64,000 bases of DNA from the NCBI GenBank assembly GCA_022600195.1, contig JAHZKX010000068.1, positions 2,184 to 66,183 on the forward strand. The letters run 5' to 3'. The position numbers and the translations under genes were made by a program. Below the pieces are notes generated by a model. It saw nothing but the letters and a program-made list of their open reading frames with translations. It made no database searches and was not told the origin of the DNA. Source of the stretch: Planctomycetota bacterium (lineage in GTDB: Bacteria; Planctomycetota; Planctomycetia; Planctomycetales; Planctomycetaceae). Each line of letters starts with the position of its first letter. The stretch's first letter is position 1. This document shows, piece by piece, positions 60,814 to 64,000 of the stretch.

Positions 60814-62565
60814 ATGCACCGTCCCTTAGTCATTCTCTTTATTGCGTTGCTGACCACGTCTTTGGTACGAGCCGACGTCAAAAAAATTGAACCGCGATTG
60901 AGAAGACCTGTCGCCATAGCGGCTTCAGAAAACTACAAATGGCTTTATGTCGCAAATCGAGACAGCGGTAGTATATCAATCGTCGATATACCAGCTCGGT
61001 CAGTGTCGAACGAGATCGATTTGAAAGGACATCTCTCGGATCTGGCGATGTTGGATGACTCGCATCTTTTAGCATTAGATAAAAAGAATCACCAATTGAT
61101 CATGCTAAAAGGAAGTGGCGATCAATGGAAAGTCGCCTCAAGACTGGATATCGCTCATTACCCCGTGCGGTTGAAGGTCGATCGCGCTGCAAAACGCTGC
61201 TACATCACATCGTTATGGTCACAGAGAGTTACGATGGTTGACCTGTCTGAGGTTGACGAAAATCAACAACCGCGGCTCAGGATCGTAATGAGTCTACTAT
61301 TGCCTTTTGAACCTCTTGAGATGTGCCTGGCCAGAGACGGAAAGAACTTGATCGTAGCTGGCGCGTATAAAAACTCTCTCGCTGTGATTGAAACTAATGG
61401 GCTGAAATTAATCGTAACCAAGAAAGTGTCTGGTCACAACATTCGAGGTTTAGCCATCAGCGGGGATGGAGAACGCGTCTTGCTCGCGCAACAGGAACTG
61501 AATCCGCTCGGTCAATCAACTCGTGACGATGTGCACTGGGGCAATATGCTTACAAACCTGTTAGTCTCTTTATCGCTGGATGATCTTATTGAAGTCGATG
61601 CAGATCTCCTGAAACATCGTATCGTGACTCATTTGGGAGAACCTGAAAACGGCGCCGGTGACCCAGGCCCCATCAACGTAACTTCGACCGGCATGTTATT
61701 AATCGTGCTTTCTGGCGTGAATGAAATTGCGATTCAAAAACACAAAGACAGTTTTGATTTCCAGCGGGTTTCACTTGGCCGTCGTCCCATCGCAGTCCTT
61801 TCCGCACCCGATGGTCGACTGTTCGTCGCCAATCAGTTTTCTGATTCCATTTCCCTGATTGATGTGAGCCGTGTAAAACAGGTTGACCAAATTCCCCTGG
61901 GCCCTCAGCGAGAATTGAGCCCTGAAGAACGGGGAGAGATGCTGTTTTTTGACAGTCGACTTTCACATGACGGCTGGATGAGCTGCCATAGCTGTCACAC
62001 AGACGGGCACTCGAGCGATCAATTGAATGACAATTTGAGCGATGGTTCATTTGGTGCCCCGAAGCGTGTGCTTTCTCTTTTGGGTGTTGGACAATCGGGC
62101 CCCTGGGCATGGGACGGAAACGTAAAAACGCTCTCACAGCAGGTTAAGAATTCCATTCAGAAAACAATGCAGGGAGCCACTCCCTCCGCTCATCAAGTTG
62201 AGTTTCTGGAGGCGTTCATGAAATCGTTATCTCCGCCACCTGCTCCTTCTGATTTTGCTACAACACAAAACAGTGCCACGATCGAACGTGGTCGCCTGTT
62301 ATTCAAATCGTTGAATTGTCAACGTTGCCATCTCCCCCCGACATACACATCCCCTAAAACTTTTGATGTAGGGTTGAAAGACGAGATGGGTAATACACAA
62401 TTTAATCCCCCCTCACTGCTGGCAGTCAGTCGACGTTCGTCATTCTTTCATGATGGCCGGTCTCTTGAACTTCATGATGTTTTTAAAACACACAAACATC
62501 AGATCGACCGAGTGTTAACAGAACCTGAACTCGACGCTTTACTGAATTTTCTGAGGACACTCTGA
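60814..62565 (+). CDS. YncE/YVTN-like beta-propeller fused to a diheme cytochrome c (CcP/MauG superfamily-like) domain
   Basis: Signal peptide, LYVANRDSGSISIVD and LFVANQFSDSISLID repeats, CHSCH (61984) and CQRCH (62317), PSL...FFHDG. Confidence 0.85.
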   Translation: MHRPLVILFIALLTTSLVRADVKKIEPRLRRPVAIAASENYKWLYVANRDSGSISIVDIPARSVSNEIDLKGHLSDLAMLDDSHLLALDKKNHQLIMLKGSGDQWKVASRLDIAHYPVRLKVDRAAKRCYITSLWSQRVTMVDLSEVDENQQPRLRIVMSLLLPFEPLEMCLARDGKNLIVAGAYKNSLAVIETNGLKLIVTKKVSGHNIRGLAISGDGERVLLAQQELNPLGQSTRDDVHWGNMLTNLLVSLSLDDLIEVDADLLKHRIVTHLGEPENGAGDPGPINVTSTGMLLIVLSGVNEIAIQKHKDSFDFQRVSLGRRPIAVLSAPDGRLFVANQFSDSISLIDVSRVKQVDQIPLGPQRELSPEERGEMLFFDSRLSHDGWMSCHSCHTDGHSSDQLNDNLSDGSFGAPKRVLSLLGVGQSGPWAWDGNVKTLSQQVKNSIQKTMQGATPSAHQVEFLEAFMKSLSPPPAPSDFATTQNSATIERGRLLFKSLNCQRCHLPPTYTSPKTFDVGLKDEMGNTQFNPPSLLAVSRRSSFFHDGRSLELHDVFKTHKHQIDRVLTEPELDALLNFLRTL

Positions 62566-63038
62566 ATTTCTGTACCTTGGTTTTTTGAATCCATGAGTAC
62601 AAATCATTATTGCTCTTCAGTTCACCTTCAACATACATCTCTTTTGAACTGAACCCTTTCACAAGACACCAATTGCAACCCACAAAACAGATCTCAATAC
62701 TGAAGTAGGACAAAGTTAAACCTACGTCATCTGAGACAGTAGATCGTTTGTTAAAAAGATTATCCTATTTTATTATCCGTAGCGAGATGCTATCATCTGA
62801 ACCGTTATTCCAGCCTTTATCCAGGCTTGCTTTATCGTCTCAAAGTCAATTTGAAACGCAAACAATCAAATGAAAGACGCAATTGCCAAATGGAGTGAGT
62901 TCTAGAAACACTATCGGCGGGCCTGCTCTTTATGCTGTTTTTAGTCGTCAGAATCAAATGAAATCGCATGCTGAAAAATCATTTTTCCAGCCTGTGGGAT
63001 CACATGCATTCTTTCAAATATAAAAATTAAGCAAATCT

Positions 63039-64000
63039 ATGGCAGGCACAACGAAAGCAGAGCTCGTCGAAGAAGTGAATCAGCTTCGACATCGTATAAG
63101 CATCTTAGAGCAACAGCGCAAAAACTCCGCGCATGCCAACTTTTCCAGCATCGATGACGCTGCCAAGGATAAAACATACGAGTCCAATTGGTTGAATCAG
63201 ATTTACAGAGACGCTCCTGTGGGGCTTTGTTATCTTGACAGACAACTGCGTTATGTCAACATTAACGAATGGCTCGCCGCTCTGAACGGACTCTCTGTAG
63301 AAGAACATCTTGGGCGTTCTATCAGCGAATTGTTCCCGGAGATCGCCAGGGAGGTTGAAGCACAACTTTTCCACGTACTCGAAACAGGGGAACCTCTCCT
63401 GGAGGGAGTGGTTTCCGCAGAAACCCCCTCCCAGCCGAATATACTAAAGTATGTTCAATACAATTTTCTTGCGGTCAGGGACGAAGACGACAGCATCGTT
63501 GGCGTCAGTTGTACGGCAATAGAAATCACAGAGCAAAAACACGCAGAAATGCTGCTGCAGAATTCACAAGATGAAATGGAACATCGTATCGCGGCGCGGA
63601 CACATGAACTGGAAGTAGCGAACGCGCAATTAGTATCGGAAGTAAAGGAAAGAAAAGCAGCAGAGCAATCACTAAAATCCGATCAACGTAAGCTGCAATT
63701 TTCTCTCAATGCCACCGGCACCAGTTGCTGGGAAATCAATCTTAAAACAGATGAGCTTACCACACAAAGGCCGACGACCACATGGATGGGATATGAACCT
63801 GCCGAAGTTCCCAAAAGCCGAGAAGCGTGGAAAAGCTTAATTCATTCCGAAGATATCGATATTCCAAATAATAAATTCCTGGACCACCTGGAAGGTCGTG
63901 CCCCCATATATGTGTGTGAGTACCGTGTGCGGGGAAAATCGGGTGAGTGGTACTGGATACTCGACCGTGGCATTCTCGTTCAACGCGATACCGATGGCTC
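63039..64000 (+). CDS. PAS domain sensor protein (probably a histidine kinase), truncated by the window end
   Basis: Not in the ORF track. My translation from ATG 63039: APVGLCYLDRQLRYVNINEWLA (PAS), coiled coil RIAARTHELEVANAQL, then W...IHSED...CEYRVRGKSGEWYWILDRG (PAS). Confidence 0.88.
   Translation, partial: MAGTTKAELVEEVNQLRHRISILEQQRKNSAHANFSSIDDAAKDKTYESNWLNQIYRDAPVGLCYLDRQLRYVNINEWLAALNGLSVEEHLGRSISELFPEIAREVEAQLFHVLETGEPLLEGVVSAETPSQPNILKYVQYNFLAVRDEDDSIVGVSCTAIEITEQKHAEMLLQNSQDEMEHRIAARTHELEVANAQLVSEVKERKAAEQSLKSDQRKLQFSLNATGTSCWEINLKTDELTTQRPTTTWMGYEPAEVPKSREAWKSLIHSEDIDIPNNKFLDHLEGRAPIYVCEYRVRGKSGEWYWILDRGILVQRDTDG

Noticed and set aside
62483-62713. 76-aa minus-strand ORF and the 9-bp inverted repeat TTCAGTTCA/TGAACTGAA (62616-62653)
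   Set aside because: The ORF overlaps the 3-prime end of the diheme gene and has no motif. The repeat has a 20-nt loop and is AT-rich, so it is at best a weak terminator.
289-63374. The many short ORFs in the track that overlap long genes, for example 2026-2595, 8084-8596, 18683-19177, 45645-46205, 63105-63374
   Set aside because: They are antisense or alternate-frame shadows of well-supported genes, with no recognisable motifs.
1-64000. rRNA, tRNA, CRISPR arrays, transposases, integrases, known riboswitches
   Set aside because: I saw no T-loop/anticodon cloverleaf, regularly spaced repeats, DDE or tyrosine-recombinase motifs, or riboswitch consensus (including purine and ZTP upstream of purQ). 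This was by eye only; Infernal was not run.

Overview
A gene-dense chromosomal window from a planctomycete, Gimesia-like by gene content (DUF1559, DUF1549/DUF1553, DUF1501, four Cys-type sulfatases, MfnB-like C1 gene); the organism is inferred, not verified. It holds about 47 protein genes, mixing housekeeping genes (typA, rmlC, pdxA, purQ) with secreted and periplasmic carbohydrate, sulfate and redox proteins. I saw no rRNA, tRNA, CRISPR array, transposase or integrase. The strongest leads are five. (1) A Fur-box-centred divergon, hemP versus DUF1559 pilin-like + lipoprotein + DUF4198-Kelch fusion, which may be an undescribed planctomycete iron/heme or other metal acquisition module (41283-44873). 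(2) A periplasmic operon of a beta-sandwich/Ig protein, a catalytically dead S41 protease and a propeller-diheme cytochrome lacking the peroxidase residues (58374-62565). (3) An intact F-type lectin fucose-binding motif inside a DUF1549/1553 protein upstream of DUF1501 and a sulfatase. (4) A decayed integron-like cassette carrying a standalone ParB-like ORF with an attC-like site. (5) An active/pseudo-protease S1C pair. All alignments were done by eye; no database searches were run.
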